Origin: a virus
Lineage: Duplodnaviria > Caudoviricetes
DNA length: 61,096 nt
Virus record (IMG/VR): IMGVR_UViG_3300044633_000159
Location: 1 to 61,096 of that record
Strand: one strand, 5' to 3'
The position numbers and the translations under genes were made by a program. The first letter of the stretch is position 1. Every line of letters starts with the position of its first letter. The notes under the pieces were generated by a model. The model did not search any database, was not told where the DNA came from, and saw nothing but the letters and a program-made list of their open reading frames with translations. This document shows, piece after piece, positions 1-10,377 of the stretch.

Positions 1-3000
1 TTTTAACAACCGTACAGTTTCTGTTCAATTATATTTTGATACAGATGAAGATGTTTTAAAAGAAAATGGATCAAGTATAGACTTAAGTACAATTAAAAAC
101 GCTAGTGATATTTATTTAAGAGGACTTGCTGATGTAATATATTTACCTAATAAAATAAATAACTTAAATTTAGATAAGGGTACTAAAGCGTTTATGGTTC
201 CTAAAGAAATCACGTTAAGTGGAACTAAAAATATACAAAGTTTAGAATTAAAAATACCTAAAGACGAACAAGGATATTTTGATGTTAATAAAATTGTTTT
301 TGAAAATAAAAACACTTCTATAAATGAAACGTTTTTCATAATAGATGAAAAACCGTCAGATAAACTTATACAAGACATTTTAAAAAGCGAGATATTTTCA
401 ATTTCTAAAGAAGTAGTTGTATTTGGTAATGCTTTCTATAGAGATGCTGATGGAATTGGACAGTTTGAAAACGTGAGAATTGAATTAAAAAAACCTGAAC
501 AAAACGAAAGCGACGTAATTAAATTTAGTTTAGCAGAAGAAGAAAACGGTAAATTATCTCCTTTCTTAAAAGGATTGCCTTTTACTAAACAATGGCTTGT
601 AGCAAGAGATATAGATAGAGCTATTAACAAAGCTAAAATGTCTAGTTCTGCTCAACAAACAGAAATTGATAAACTAAACGTTAAGATATCAAAGACTGCA
701 GATCCTGTTAAAATAAAAGAACTAAAAGAAAAAATCAGTGAATTAGAAAGATTTGACAAAGTTACATTTAAAGTGCCAAGTAAGTCGGAGTTGTCAGACG
801 AAGCGATCGCTTACTTTATAATATCAAAAGTCGCAGAAGGTTACAATGATTTTGAGTTTAGAGTTAAAAGAAACGCTAGTGGACCTTTAACTAAGCAAGT
901 ATTAGACAATCTTGATTTTAAATCTAAGAAAGCAGCAGAAATAAGAAAACTAAACAGCAACTTAGAAGAAGGAATGAATCAGATTATAGAGGAAAACACA
1001 GGAGTTGAGGCATCAGAAACTTTCTCACCTGAAACCGCTAAAAATCTTGGTAAAAACATCGGTAAATATGATATATTCCTACCGCCAGAAGACGAGGATT
1101 TCTTAGGTTTGCTATACACTCTTGCTTCAGGCAAAGGTAAAAAAGGTGAGGAACAAATGAATTTCTTGAAAAGAGCTTTGATTGAACCTTACACAGACGC
1201 TATGCTTAAGTTGATGCAAGCAAGACAGGTTATGTATAAAGACTGGAGAGAGTTAATAAACAAAAAACACAAAGGTATAACAAAAGTGTTGAAAACAGAC
1301 TCTGGTTATGGTGGTTACTTAAACGATCAAGCAGTTAGAGTTTATTTGTGGAGAAGAGCTGGATACGATATACCTGGATTAGATAAGAAAGACGTATTTA
1401 ACTTACAAGAGATAGTTAGAAAAAACCCTGAATTAAGGAAATTCGCTGAAGACGTTTCTTTACTTTCTAAACAAGCAAATGGTTACATTGAACCAGATAG
1501 TAACTGGGGGTTTGGAAGTGTTGTAGGTGATATAAATAACATCATATCTAAATCAAGTAGACAGAAGTATTTAGAACCGTGGACTAGTAATGTAGAAAAA
1601 GTATTCTCTAAAGACAATCTAAGTAAGATAGAGGCGTTATATGGCAGAAAGTATGTTGTTGCGCTAAAGAACACTTTAGACAGAATGAAAACCGGCACTA
1701 ACAGAGCTGAAGGTTCATCAGATGCTTTTTTAAATTGGTTAAACGGAGCTACTGCTGTAACGATGTTCTTAAACGCAAGATCTGCTGTATTACAAACCAT
1801 AGGAGCGGTTAACTACATAAACACCAGTGATAACAATATTGCTAAAGCTGGTTTAGCATTGTTAAATGTTCCTCAGTATACTAAAGATTTCTTTACTCTT
1901 TGGAATTCAGATTATTTAAAAGATAGAAGATCTGGATTAACTACTGATGTTGTAGAAGCTGAATTAGCGCAGACAATGAACGATCCTAGAAACAAAAGTA
2001 TACTAGATAAGTTTAAAGCCGTTAACTACTTAATACTTAAATTTGGTTTTAATCCTACAAGACTTGCTGATAGTTTTGCTATCGCAATAGGCGGCGCTGG
2101 TTTTTATAGAAATAGAATCAACACTTACAAAAAACAAGGTATGGTTGAAGAAGATGCTATAAATAAGACTTTACGTGATTTCTACGATGTATCTGAAGTA
2201 TCTCAACAGTCTGCTGACGTGTCTAAAATATCAATGAACCAAGCTAGTACAAAAGGTAGGATATTACTTTCTTTTATGAATACTCCGTTTCAGTACTCTA
2301 GATTGATAAAGAAGTCTGCTATAGATATAATCAAAGGTAGAGGTAGTATTGAAAATAACTTAGCTAAAATAGTTTATTATGGAGCTGTTCAGAACATATT
2401 GTTTAACGCTCTTCAAAACGCTTTATTTGCTATGTTTCTTGACGACGAAGAAGACCAGAAAAGCGGTAAATTTGATACGGCTAAGATAAGAACAATAAAC
2501 GGAGCTTTAGATACTTTTGTTAGAGGTATGGGTATGAAAGGGGTTTTTCTTTCTACTCTTAAAAACGCGTTAATGAAAGCTTATGAAAAAAGAAAAGATC
2601 CTAAAGGATATGGAGACGTACTTGCTGAAATAGCTAACTTGTCACCTTCTATAGGTATAAAGGTTAGAGCAGTAGTAAAATCATACAAAGCTGTAACTTA
2701 TAATTTAGGTGAAATAAAATATAAAGGATTTAGTATAGATAATACTCACGCTATAGAAGCAGCAACATCTTTAACTTCAGCTGCTACTAACTTACCTGTG
2801 GATAGATTGTATATGAAATTTCAAAATATAGGCAATGCTTTAAGTGACGAATTTAATACTTGGCAAAGAATAGCTTTTCTGTTTGGTTATAATGAGTGGA
2901 ATTTAAACCCTACTAAAACAAAACAAGTAAATTCAAATTCTTCAGGAGGTTTAAAAATACCAGTGTTAAAGACAAGCGAGTTAAAACAACCTGGTCTTAA

Positions 3001-3010
3001 AACACCGTAA
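1..3010 (+). CDS. C-terminal part of a giant virion/internal (ejected) protein; 5'-truncated by the window edge
   Basis: Frame is open from position 2 through the listed ATG at 194; helical C-terminus typical of large podovirus internal proteins; lies at the end of the structural arm if the genome is permuted. Confidence 0.6.
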   Translation, partial: FNNRTVSVQLYFDTDEDVLKENGSSIDLSTIKNASDIYLRGLADVIYLPNKINNLNLDKGTKAFMVPKEITLSGTKNIQSLELKIPKDEQGYFDVNKIVFENKNTSINETFFIIDEKPSDKLIQDILKSEIFSISKEVVVFGNAFYRDADGIGQFENVRIELKKPEQNESDVIKFSLAEEENGKLSPFLKGLPFTKQWLVARDIDRAINKAKMSSSAQQTEIDKLNVKISKTADPVKIKELKEKISELERFDKVTFKVPSKSELSDEAIAYFIISKVAEGYNDFEFRVKRNASGPLTKQVLDNLDFKSKKAAEIRKLNSNLEEGMNQIIEENTGVEASETFSPETAKNLGKNIGKYDIFLPPEDEDFLGLLYTLASGKGKKGEEQMNFLKRALIEPYTDAMLKLMQARQVMYKDWRELINKKHKGITKVLKTDSGYGGYLNDQAVRVYLWRRAGYDIPGLDKKDVFNLQEIVRKNPELRKFAEDVSLLSKQANGYIEPDSNWGFGSVVGDINNIISKSSRQKYLEPWTSNVEKVFSKDNLSKIEALYGRKYVVALKNTLDRMKTGTNRAEGSSDAFLNWLNGATAVTMFLNARSAVLQTIGAVNYINTSDNNIAKAGLALLNVPQYTKDFFTLWNSDYLKDRRSGLTTDVVEAELAQTMNDPRNKSILDKFKAVNYLILKFGFNPTRLADSFAIAIGGAGFYRNRINTYKKQGMVEEDAINKTLRDFYDVSEVSQQSADVSKISMNQASTKGRILLSFMNTPFQYSRLIKKSAIDIIKGRGSIENNLAKIVYYGAVQNILFNALQNALFAMFLDDEEDQKSGKFDTAKIRTINGALDTFVRGMGMKGVFLSTLKNALMKAYEKRKDPKGYGDVLAEIANLSPSIGIKVRAVVKSYKAVTYNLGEIKYKGFSIDNTHAIEAATSLTSAATNLPVDRLYMKFQNIGNALSDEFNTWQRIAFLFGYNEWNLNPTKTKQVNSNSSGGLKIPVLKTSELKQPGLKTP

Positions 3011-3059
3011 AATAAGGAACAAATAAACTGAGCACCATACTCAAAGTTCCTATATAAAG

Positions 3060-3092
3060 AAAGGGGATGCACTTAATAGTGATCCCCTTTTC
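3060..3092. terminator. Bidirectional intrinsic terminator between the convergent arms
   Basis: AAAGGGGAT(G)CAC-loop-GTGATCCCCTTTT hairpin with A/T tracts on both sides, between convergent ORFs. Confidence 0.8.
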
Positions 3093-3113
3093 TTGTATAT
3101 AATAATTAAATAG

Positions 3114-3314
3114 TTATACTTTTTTCTCTAATTCTTCTTTTGCTTTTTCAGTCATTAGTTTAATAGCGTCTTCATAACCTGGCATTAACTTTAGCGTCTC
3201 TAAAGTACCAGCAGCTAATGTAGTTAGATGTTGTTGTTCAGTCATTACATATTGTAGAAGTCTAGTTAAAGATTCTACTTTGTTTTTCATTTCAACTAAG
3301 GTTTGTTCTTTCAT
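3114..3314 (-). CDS. hypothetical protein
   Basis: 66-aa ORF, start overlaps stop of the upstream gene. Confidence 0.7.
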   Translation of the reverse strand: MKEQTLVEMKNKVESLTRLLQYVMTEQQHLTTLAAGTLETLKLMPGYEDAIKLMTEKAKEELEKKV

Positions 3315-3874
3315 TTATTTACTTTATAAAACATTACAAATACTACTCTACTTTCTATAAACTCATTAGGATATTTACTATGGAAGTAATTACATGGGTA
3401 TGATATTAATCTATTCTTTTTGTGACCTATTATAGATTTTAAATCCCATAAATCAAGGTCATTAGCGTCTTCAATTAGCAATTTATTTTGTGCTTCGATA
3501 CTAATTTTTTTAAGTCTATCTCCATATCTTTTATGCTCCCAAAAAGCCGTGCCATTTAATCCTTCTTGTTTAGATTCAGAAACAAACAACACGCAAGCTC
3601 TATCTGGTTGTTGACCTTCTATTATAGAATCGTTATGTATACGCCAATCTACGTCTTGTCCTTCTTTTGCTTCTCTAATAAAATATAATATAGGTTCTAT
3701 ACTATTACCTTCTAAATTTTCTATTTCAAGTTTTATAATTTGCGCTATTGTATTAGGCACATCTTTAACCCAAAAGGATTTTCCAGGAGTTTTTACTTCC
3801 TGGAATTCATCCTTATTAGTGTTTAATAATTCAATTAAATTATCGTCTAAAAAATCATCTTTTATATAGATCAT
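3311..3874 (-). CDS. 2OG-Fe(II) oxygenase superfamily protein
   Basis: HxD (IHND), GTAFW and NRL...YFHS motifs of the 2OG-Fe(II) fold. Confidence 0.65.
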   Translation of the reverse strand: MIYIKDDFLDDNLIELLNTNKDEFQEVKTPGKSFWVKDVPNTIAQIIKLEIENLEGNSIEPILYFIREAKEGQDVDWRIHNDSIIEGQQPDRACVLFVSESKQEGLNGTAFWEHKRYGDRLKKISIEAQNKLLIEDANDLDLWDLKSIIGHKKNRLISYPCNYFHSKYPNEFIESRVVFVMFYKVNK

Positions 3875-5739
3875 ACTATTTCACAATTACCACCGCCACA
3901 AGCAGCTGAATCTGCAAAGTTGGTATTATCTTGAATCTCAACTACTTTGGACAGATCTACATCTTTTAACGCTGCCATCATCTCGTTGTAAACTTCTTCA
4001 GAACAGTCTTCAAACGGAGTTTGCTTGTATGTACCACCGTGGTAAGGTAGTACAGAAAGTCCGTTATAATAATCTTTATTCTGCCACATCCATTCTCCAA
4101 CTTCTTCCCACTCACCGTCTCTGACAGAAACTGTACAAGAAACATTATGAGTATTGTTACCTTTAATGTGACCATTTTTAACCCAGTCTTTAGATATTAA
4201 TTTAACTCTTTCAAGAAGATTTATTGTAGACTCATGTCTTGTTATAGCGCCATTAGGAGCCTTCTGAGGTACAGAAATTACTGCTTGCAATGTTGGATTA
4301 AAGTATTCGTCTTCGATCAGTTCTGGGTGGTGTATAGCAAGATAGGAATATATAGCTTCATTCTTACCTAAGCGCATACGGCGAACATAAAAATCATTAT
4401 GCCAAGCATGTATACCGCTAGAAGTACCAAGAACCAAGCTAGTTGTCCCAGCTGGTTTGACGGCAGTAGTTCTTGCTGCTGGATTGATCTTAAGTCGTTC
4501 AGCCAATTGCCAATTAGTTTCTTTAACGATTTCAGAAGCTTCTTCATAATTTAATTTTAAGTTAGACTCAGATGCAATACCTGTCATTGACACGCCTAAT
4601 AACGCGTCTTTCTCTGTGTTTTTTCTCCATATATCACGTAGATAATGAAAATCAGAATACGATGCCTGTAATGTGCCTATAAATGACGCTGCTGATGCTC
4701 TAGCATTAAAATCGTCTTGACTTTCAATATCTGCCATGTTAATCTCTGTGAGATTACAAAATTGATAAGGTCTTAAAGCGATTTCACAGCAAGGATTAGT
4801 ACCCCAATCTTTATCATTAGTAAGATATATTCCAGGTTCACCAGATCCAGACGCTTCAATACGTTCCCATACTTTGTCAAATGTTTGTCTATCGATTTTA
4901 TGTCTTAATAATACCACGGAGTTATTGGCTCTACCTCTTTGAGGATTGTTCTCCCACCATTCTCCTGCTTTGCAATTAAGCATTTCAGTACTATCAAGAT
5001 CAAATAAACTAATCATAGCGGCTCGTCTAATACCTCCTGCTAATACAGCATCGGCAATATGACATTGAATATCATGACACTCGATGTCTGTTAGTTTAGT
5101 TCTATCTGCTTTTTCACGTAATATACCTTCGATCTTTACTAGCGCTAGTCTAAGAGGTTCTGGACCAGGTGCTTTACCACCAGCAGTTACCAACAAAGCT
5201 CCTTTTTGTCTAATATCTGACAAATCAAACTCAATATGAGAGGTTAAACCTCCAGTGTATGACTTAAACAACGTCTTAACAGCATCTGCCCAACCTATAA
5301 TACTATCTTGTACTACGTATTTCTTTTTTCTATCGTAGTTAGGTTTTCTAATCTCTGGCAGTTTGTCTATGTTATGGTTTTGTACTGAATAACCAACACC
5401 TGTTCCACCTAATAACAAGAACATAGTTTCACTAAAACAATGAATACTATCTACAGGCATAAAAGCACAGTTATATATTCTAGCATTGTTTAGTTCTATC
5501 GCTTTACCGCCAAACTGCAAACTACGCATTGACGGTAAAACTTTCTTACTAAATACAAAATTATTGTATATCTGTTCTATAGACTCTCTTAACTCTGGAA
5601 ATTTAGTAATATGCATCTCCATATTCCTTGTTACTAACTCCTCCCAAGTCTCACGCCTTTCTTTTTGTGGTAAGTATTTAGCATATTTAGTATATACTGT
5701 AATGTCCGATAAGATTTGTTTATCTAATGTTAAACTCAT
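3871..5739 (-). CDS. nrdJ: Class II (adenosylcobalamin-dependent) ribonucleotide reductase
   Basis: TNPCCEI catalytic loop, VKPAGT, RIYNC, C-terminal CGGGNC; no beta-subunit gene nearby. Confidence 0.88.
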   Translation of the reverse strand: MSLTLDKQILSDITVYTKYAKYLPQKERRETWEELVTRNMEMHITKFPELRESIEQIYNNFVFSKKVLPSMRSLQFGGKAIELNNARIYNCAFMPVDSIHCFSETMFLLLGGTGVGYSVQNHNIDKLPEIRKPNYDRKKKYVVQDSIIGWADAVKTLFKSYTGGLTSHIEFDLSDIRQKGALLVTAGGKAPGPEPLRLALVKIEGILREKADRTKLTDIECHDIQCHIADAVLAGGIRRAAMISLFDLDSTEMLNCKAGEWWENNPQRGRANNSVVLLRHKIDRQTFDKVWERIEASGSGEPGIYLTNDKDWGTNPCCEIALRPYQFCNLTEINMADIESQDDFNARASAASFIGTLQASYSDFHYLRDIWRKNTEKDALLGVSMTGIASESNLKLNYEEASEIVKETNWQLAERLKINPAARTTAVKPAGTTSLVLGTSSGIHAWHNDFYVRRMRLGKNEAIYSYLAIHHPELIEDEYFNPTLQAVISVPQKAPNGAITRHESTINLLERVKLISKDWVKNGHIKGNNTHNVSCTVSVRDGEWEEVGEWMWQNKDYYNGLSVLPYHGGTYKQTPFEDCSEEVYNEMMAALKDVDLSKVVEIQDNTNFADSAACGGGNCEIV

Positions 5740-5892
5740 ATTTTTAATTGTCTATTTCTAATGTAAAGTTAATAAATGGTAAATATAACGCATGCGTTTT
5801 AAACGTTGGTTCTTCGTATGTTCTAATACCTATTAGAATACCGGGATAAAACCCTACAGCTAACTCCCACTCTCTTTCTTCTTTTATTTCTT

Positions 5893-6342
5893 TCATAAAT
5901 TCTGTTTTCTTTTTTCTAAAATAAGTTTAATAGTTTCATCACAATCTTTTTGACTTTGAGGTTTGTATAAAGTCCTATTGTCACACATTAAAGTCATTAA
6001 CCACTTAAATAGTTTCCAACGTAAAGGAAAAGAGTCGTTCGCTCTACCTTTAGTTTCTATTATAAAATCTTCACCAATAAAATCAGGTGTATATTTTAAA
6101 TTTAAAACTTTCTTATTACCTCGGTTTATATAATCACCTTTACCGTTAGACTGTCTTTCTATGCAGTCATTTTTAAAATTAAAAGAAGGTAATAATTCAA
6201 ATGATTGACTTTCATATTCAGCATGTATATCTGCTTGTTTTAGTACTTTATACATATACTTCTCTAAACCAGAAGCGAAGGTGATACCGTCATATATCAC
6301 CTTCTTTGAAACAACTGGTCCTTTCTTTCTTTTTTTAATCAT
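5893..6342 (-). CDS. T7 endonuclease I-like Holliday junction resolvase
   Basis: FASGLE ... YTPDF ... IIETKGR PD-(D/E)xK motifs. Confidence 0.75.
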   Translation of the reverse strand: MIKKRKKGPVVSKKVIYDGITFASGLEKYMYKVLKQADIHAEYESQSFELLPSFNFKNDCIERQSNGKGDYINRGNKKVLNLKYTPDFIGEDFIIETKGRANDSFPLRWKLFKWLMTLMCDNRTLYKPQSQKDCDETIKLILEKRKQNL

Positions 6343-6667
6343 TCTTGTCTTCTGTGACTTTGAAATGTTCGTTTTTATACGTTACTTCTTCAAACATAAC
6401 ATCTATGTCTAATTCTCTGAATTCTTTTAATAAACTTTCTTCTGACAAGTCGTGTATTTCGTCTTTGCACGCTTGTATGTATAGCACAGCGTCCATTAAC
6501 TCTTCCTGAACGTCGTTTAGGTATTTAAAAAGACCTTTCATCTTCTTAGTACGTTCGTCATGTAGTGTTTGACCGTATTTAGCAAACCCTACGTCTGATC
6601 TAGATACTAATTTGTCAACTACTTTTTCAACTACTGGGTCTCTAAAAACTATATTTTTTTCTGTCAT
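6335..6667 (-). CDS. All-alpha NTP pyrophosphatase-like small protein
   Basis: R..VG..KYG.TL ... QEELMDAVLY pattern common in phage nucleotide modules. Confidence 0.5.
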   Translation of the reverse strand: MTEKNIVFRDPVVEKVVDKLVSRSDVGFAKYGQTLHDERTKKMKGLFKYLNDVQEELMDAVLYIQACKDEIHDLSEESLLKEFRELDIDVMFEEVTYKNEHFKVTEDKND

Positions 6668-6668
6668 A

Positions 6669-7556
6669 CTATAAAGTTGTTGTTTGAAAATGATCGTTAA
6701 GTTTTACTGTATATTCTTGTTTTGCTTTTTTACTTGGTTTTGCCGTTGGTACTTCTGTTTCTTTAACAAACGTGCCGTTTTCCATTTTACCGTTTCTCCA
6801 CTTAATAACGTCATAAGCTGATACAACACAGTCTTCGACTTTTAATCCTTCTAGAGCGGCTAGATTTGTCAACACAACCATCATATCGCCAATAGCATCA
6901 ATTAATTCTGGTCTATCATTCTTTAAGATTGCTCTAGCTAATTCGCCAGACTCTTCCATTAACTTAACATACTGAGTTTTTGAATCACCATTTTTGTATA
7001 TACCACGGTCGTCAGCCCATTGTCTAATTAAGTCGTAAACATTTGGGGTTTCTTCTACAACTGCTTTTTCTGGATTTATAGTTGTATTTGTAGATTTAAC
7101 AAACTCATGCATTGCTTTGTTATATACAAATGACCTAGAAGGATTAAACATAGATGTTTTAGCATTGTAAGCTATCCATTGTATTAATTCATTAGTCATA
7201 GGATACTTGCCGTAGTCTGTTTCTATGACAATTTGCCTGTTGTCCATTAAGTTACCCTTCAACTTGTTTACTGGACATGGGAACGTTGTTGTTTGCTCTG
7301 TTACATTTAATTCCATTTGCTTTTTCTTTTTTGGTTTTTGTTTAATTATTAAATCTTTGTATAAATCTCTGTCTACTCTATAACCATAGATAGTTTGAAG
7401 TTCTAATTCTTTTTCTGATATATAATCTATATCATCGCTAGAATCTAGAACTTCATATTCTCTGTAACCGTAACCTTGTTGGCGTGTTAACCTATCTTTA
7501 AGATCACACGTAACTCCTATTTTTTTACCAAATATATGGTATAAGTAATACGTCAT
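6669..7556 (-). CDS. MazG-like NTP pyrophosphohydrolase with N-terminal GIY-YIG-like extension
   Basis: C-terminal WADDRG..KLMEESGELARAI..DAIGD; N-terminal YYLYHI..KIGVT.DL..RL. Confidence 0.7.
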   Translation of the reverse strand: MTYYLYHIFGKKIGVTCDLKDRLTRQQGYGYREYEVLDSSDDIDYISEKELELQTIYGYRVDRDLYKDLIIKQKPKKKKQMELNVTEQTTTFPCPVNKLKGNLMDNRQIVIETDYGKYPMTNELIQWIAYNAKTSMFNPSRSFVYNKAMHEFVKSTNTTINPEKAVVEETPNVYDLIRQWADDRGIYKNGDSKTQYVKLMEESGELARAILKNDRPELIDAIGDMMVVLTNLAALEGLKVEDCVVSAYDVIKWRNGKMENGTFVKETEVPTAKPSKKAKQEYTVKLNDHFQTTTL

Positions 7557-7744
7557 AGTTTTTTTATTTCTTGTTTAACTTCAATCCAACGTTGTTGTAT
7601 TTCTGATATTAACGGTAAGTTATCTCTAATTTCGTCAACCGCTATTAATGCGCACTGTTTAGCAAAACTAATTGGTATATATAAATGTTCTCCTAACTTA
7701 TAATATCTTAAAGTTAGTTCCTCTGCTGTTTCTTTTGGCGTCAT
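7553..7744 (-). CDS. hypothetical protein
   Basis: 63-aa ORF coupled to its neighbours. Confidence 0.65.
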   Translation of the reverse strand: MTPKETAEELTLRYYKLGEHLYIPISFAKQCALIAVDEIRDNLPLISEIQQRWIEVKQEIKKL

Positions 7745-8379
7745 AGTTTATCGTTATATAGATGTAAGTTATGAGCAAAGTGATAATATGTACCAACTTC
7801 TAATTGTAGAATTTCAGCAATATCCATTTGTAATTTTGAAAAACAGAACTGATCGTTACAGAAACCATACCAGATGTCATTAGAACGCATTAGAACGGCC
7901 ATATTTAATCTATTGTCTAATATTGTAAACTGAACAGCATACGTACAGGGAGTGTCATTAGAATACGTATCAATCTCTTTACCGTCGTATATAGATAATG
8001 TAGCTTTTCTAGTATTTGGATTGTCCTGTAGCAATTTTACTACTTTACCTAATTGATCATTACGTCGCCATTGCCAACCATAGTTAGATCTAACTTCGCC
8101 GTTTTCATCCATCATATTTTTCCATATTGGAGCATACTTTGATATTTCTACAGCGCTAGGATCACCAGATAGATACCATTGCCATTCTCTCATAGCATAG
8201 TTTATATTCCATTTCCTATGTGGTTCTGTTATTTCATTATCTGTAGGATTTTCTATATAAAAACCTACGTTAAACAAAGCTTTAGTATTATCAAAATCTA
8301 CGCCATCGGTTATAATCTTGTCTAATAAGTATTTGTATGCTTCGTTCGCATTTGTAAAACTACTTTTTGTACTTTTCAT
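7741..8379 (-). CDS. Thymidylate synthase-family enzyme, dCMP (hydroxy)methyltransferase-like
   Basis: Catalytic PC, RSNDIWYGFCND and HNLHLY; Asp at the position that is Asn in dUMP-specific ThyA. Confidence 0.8.
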   Translation of the reverse strand: MKSTKSSFTNANEAYKYLLDKIITDGVDFDNTKALFNVGFYIENPTDNEITEPHRKWNINYAMREWQWYLSGDPSAVEISKYAPIWKNMMDENGEVRSNYGWQWRRNDQLGKVVKLLQDNPNTRKATLSIYDGKEIDTYSNDTPCTYAVQFTILDNRLNMAVLMRSNDIWYGFCNDQFCFSKLQMDIAEILQLEVGTYYHFAHNLHLYNDKL

Positions 8380-8608
8380 AATAATAAGTATAATATTTAA
8401 AGATTTGTTTCCATATATCCATTTTACCGTAAGCTACTGGATCAGTGTTTTGCCTTTTATTCATATCTATGTCTATATACCATTTATTTGTTGATATAGC
8501 TCTTGGACTTATTAAGATATTATTTCTAACACACCACATATAAGCTTCTAGTTCTTTAGTAGAATATAGATAATTACCCATATCTATTGTTGACTTTTTC
8601 ATTCCCAC
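8360..8608 (-). CDS. hypothetical protein
   Basis: ORF within the replication operon. Confidence 0.6.
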   Translation of the reverse strand: MGMKKSTIDMGNYLYSTKELEAYMWCVRNNILISPRAISTNKWYIDIDMNKRQNTDPVAYGKMDIWKQIFKYYTYYYEKYKK

Positions 8609-10320
8609 GGAAGTTTATCGCTAGACGTATCTAACGGTATATGAGGTATAAAACACCCTGATCTTGGTTCCCATTTAAAATGTGCTTCTGCGCCATTTTC
8701 ACCTAAGTTTTGGAACTTAACTTTTAATACCTTACATTTAACTGTTTTTTGATCATAGTCTCTATGAACTAATAAACCGTGATAAGACGCATCGTACCAT
8801 TCACCACCACCTTTAATATTGTACATCGTAGGTTCTTCTATTTTACCGTCTCTATCTTTATACATTTTAGTTGGATGAGCAACTACGATAACTAATACAT
8901 CATACTTTTTAGCAAATACCTCTATCTGTTGTAGATATTCTAATGTATAAACGTTTACATCGCCAGAAGCGTCTTGAGCTCTAACCTTATTAAACGGATC
9001 TATGACTAAGCACTTAATACCTTTACGTTTAACTAGTTCTGCGCCTTTTCTTAATACAGACTCTAACGTATAACGTTCCATGTCTATAAAAAAGTAACTA
9101 TTGTTAACGTGGTCTGCTACTTGATTCCATTTATCTCCGTGTATTTCTTCAGGCGAAGGCATATCACCCCAGGTTTTACGCATTAACTTATGAGCATGTA
9201 GATAAGTTGGTTGATTCTCAGGTGAAGCAAAAGCAGTCTTCCAACCATATTTGCCATTATATCCAACAACCATTTGGTCAACAAAGTCAGATTTACCAGA
9301 ACTAGGTATTCCAGTGACGGTAATAAACTGACCAGTATATGTACTGAATATACTATCAAAATTATCCAACCCAATTTGGAAACCAGGTTTAAATCCGTTT
9401 CTAACAAAATCTGTAACATCATCTTCTATGTCTTTAAATGTTTTAACGTTTTCTAATGGAACAGGTCTTGCTTGCGATATTCTCTGAGACAGTTTTTCTT
9501 TACCATACTTTAATAAGTATTCATTAGCGTCTTTACAGTCTTCAAACGATGCTAGATAACAAACTTCAGAACCTAATCTACGTATTAACTCTGTTTGTAA
9601 CGCTTGACCTGCAGCATCAGAATCTACTGCTAATATAATCTTTTCTTTGTCGTCAAAGTAGTCTATACAACTATCTAAGTAATCTAGATTATTAGCATTT
9701 AAAGTAGCACCGTTAGGTACAGATACTACGTTTGTCACTCCAGCTTCGTGTAGAGCTAGAACATCCATTTCACCTTCTACTATTACACAATACTCATATC
9801 CCACGATGCTGTTTATATTGTAAAATACTTTTTCCGCGCCTTTATAAAGTTTAAAATTCTTTTTGGCATCACGGTATTTTATATTAACTAGTTGATCGCC
9901 GACGAAGTAATTAAAGTGTATAGCATTCTCCTCTTTACTAGTCTGAGGCATAAATTCTTTACCATCAGATATCTGTAACTCATAAAGAGTTTCTTTAGAT
10001 ATACCTCGTGTAGCAAACCAATTAACAACCGGTTCGCTTACTTGCATTTCTTCTACGTTTATTTTAGCAGGTGGTTTAATATAAACCTTTTCGCTAGTAC
10101 CTTTACGTTGGTAAGTATGTAGTTGAAAAGTCTTATTACAATTGTGGCAAGTACCTATACCGCGTTCCCAATCGTAAGATGCGCATTTTGCTTTTTCGTT
10201 TTTAGGTTTTCTATCAGAAGAGCATAGCGGACAAACGCCTTGAGTCTTACCTTCTTCTAAACCATACTTGTTAAACGTATCAATCAAGAAGCCATTTATT
10301 TCTGTGTTATTTACTTGCAT
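8599..10320 (-). CDS. DNA primase-helicase (T7 gp4/Twinkle-like)
   Basis: N-terminal CPLC..CHNC zinc ribbon, TOPRIM (VEGEMD, DSD, KDANE), SF4 helicase Walker A GIPSSGKS, VIDP, VAHP. Confidence 0.92.
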   Translation of the reverse strand: MQVNNTEINGFLIDTFNKYGLEEGKTQGVCPLCSSDRKPKNEKAKCASYDWERGIGTCHNCNKTFQLHTYQRKGTSEKVYIKPPAKINVEEMQVSEPVVNWFATRGISKETLYELQISDGKEFMPQTSKEENAIHFNYFVGDQLVNIKYRDAKKNFKLYKGAEKVFYNINSIVGYEYCVIVEGEMDVLALHEAGVTNVVSVPNGATLNANNLDYLDSCIDYFDDKEKIILAVDSDAAGQALQTELIRRLGSEVCYLASFEDCKDANEYLLKYGKEKLSQRISQARPVPLENVKTFKDIEDDVTDFVRNGFKPGFQIGLDNFDSIFSTYTGQFITVTGIPSSGKSDFVDQMVVGYNGKYGWKTAFASPENQPTYLHAHKLMRKTWGDMPSPEEIHGDKWNQVADHVNNSYFFIDMERYTLESVLRKGAELVKRKGIKCLVIDPFNKVRAQDASGDVNVYTLEYLQQIEVFAKKYDVLVIVVAHPTKMYKDRDGKIEEPTMYNIKGGGEWYDASYHGLLVHRDYDQKTVKCKVLKVKFQNLGENGAEAHFKWEPRSGCFIPHIPLDTSSDKLPWE

Positions 10321-10352
10321 TTACTTGATTTAATTGTTACTAATTATAGATA

Positions 10353-10377
10353 GAAAAACCCCAATAAATGGGGTTTA
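10353..10377 (-). terminator. Intrinsic terminator downstream of the SSB-like gene
   Basis: AAACCCCA-loop-TGGGGTTTTT on the minus strand. Confidence 0.65.
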
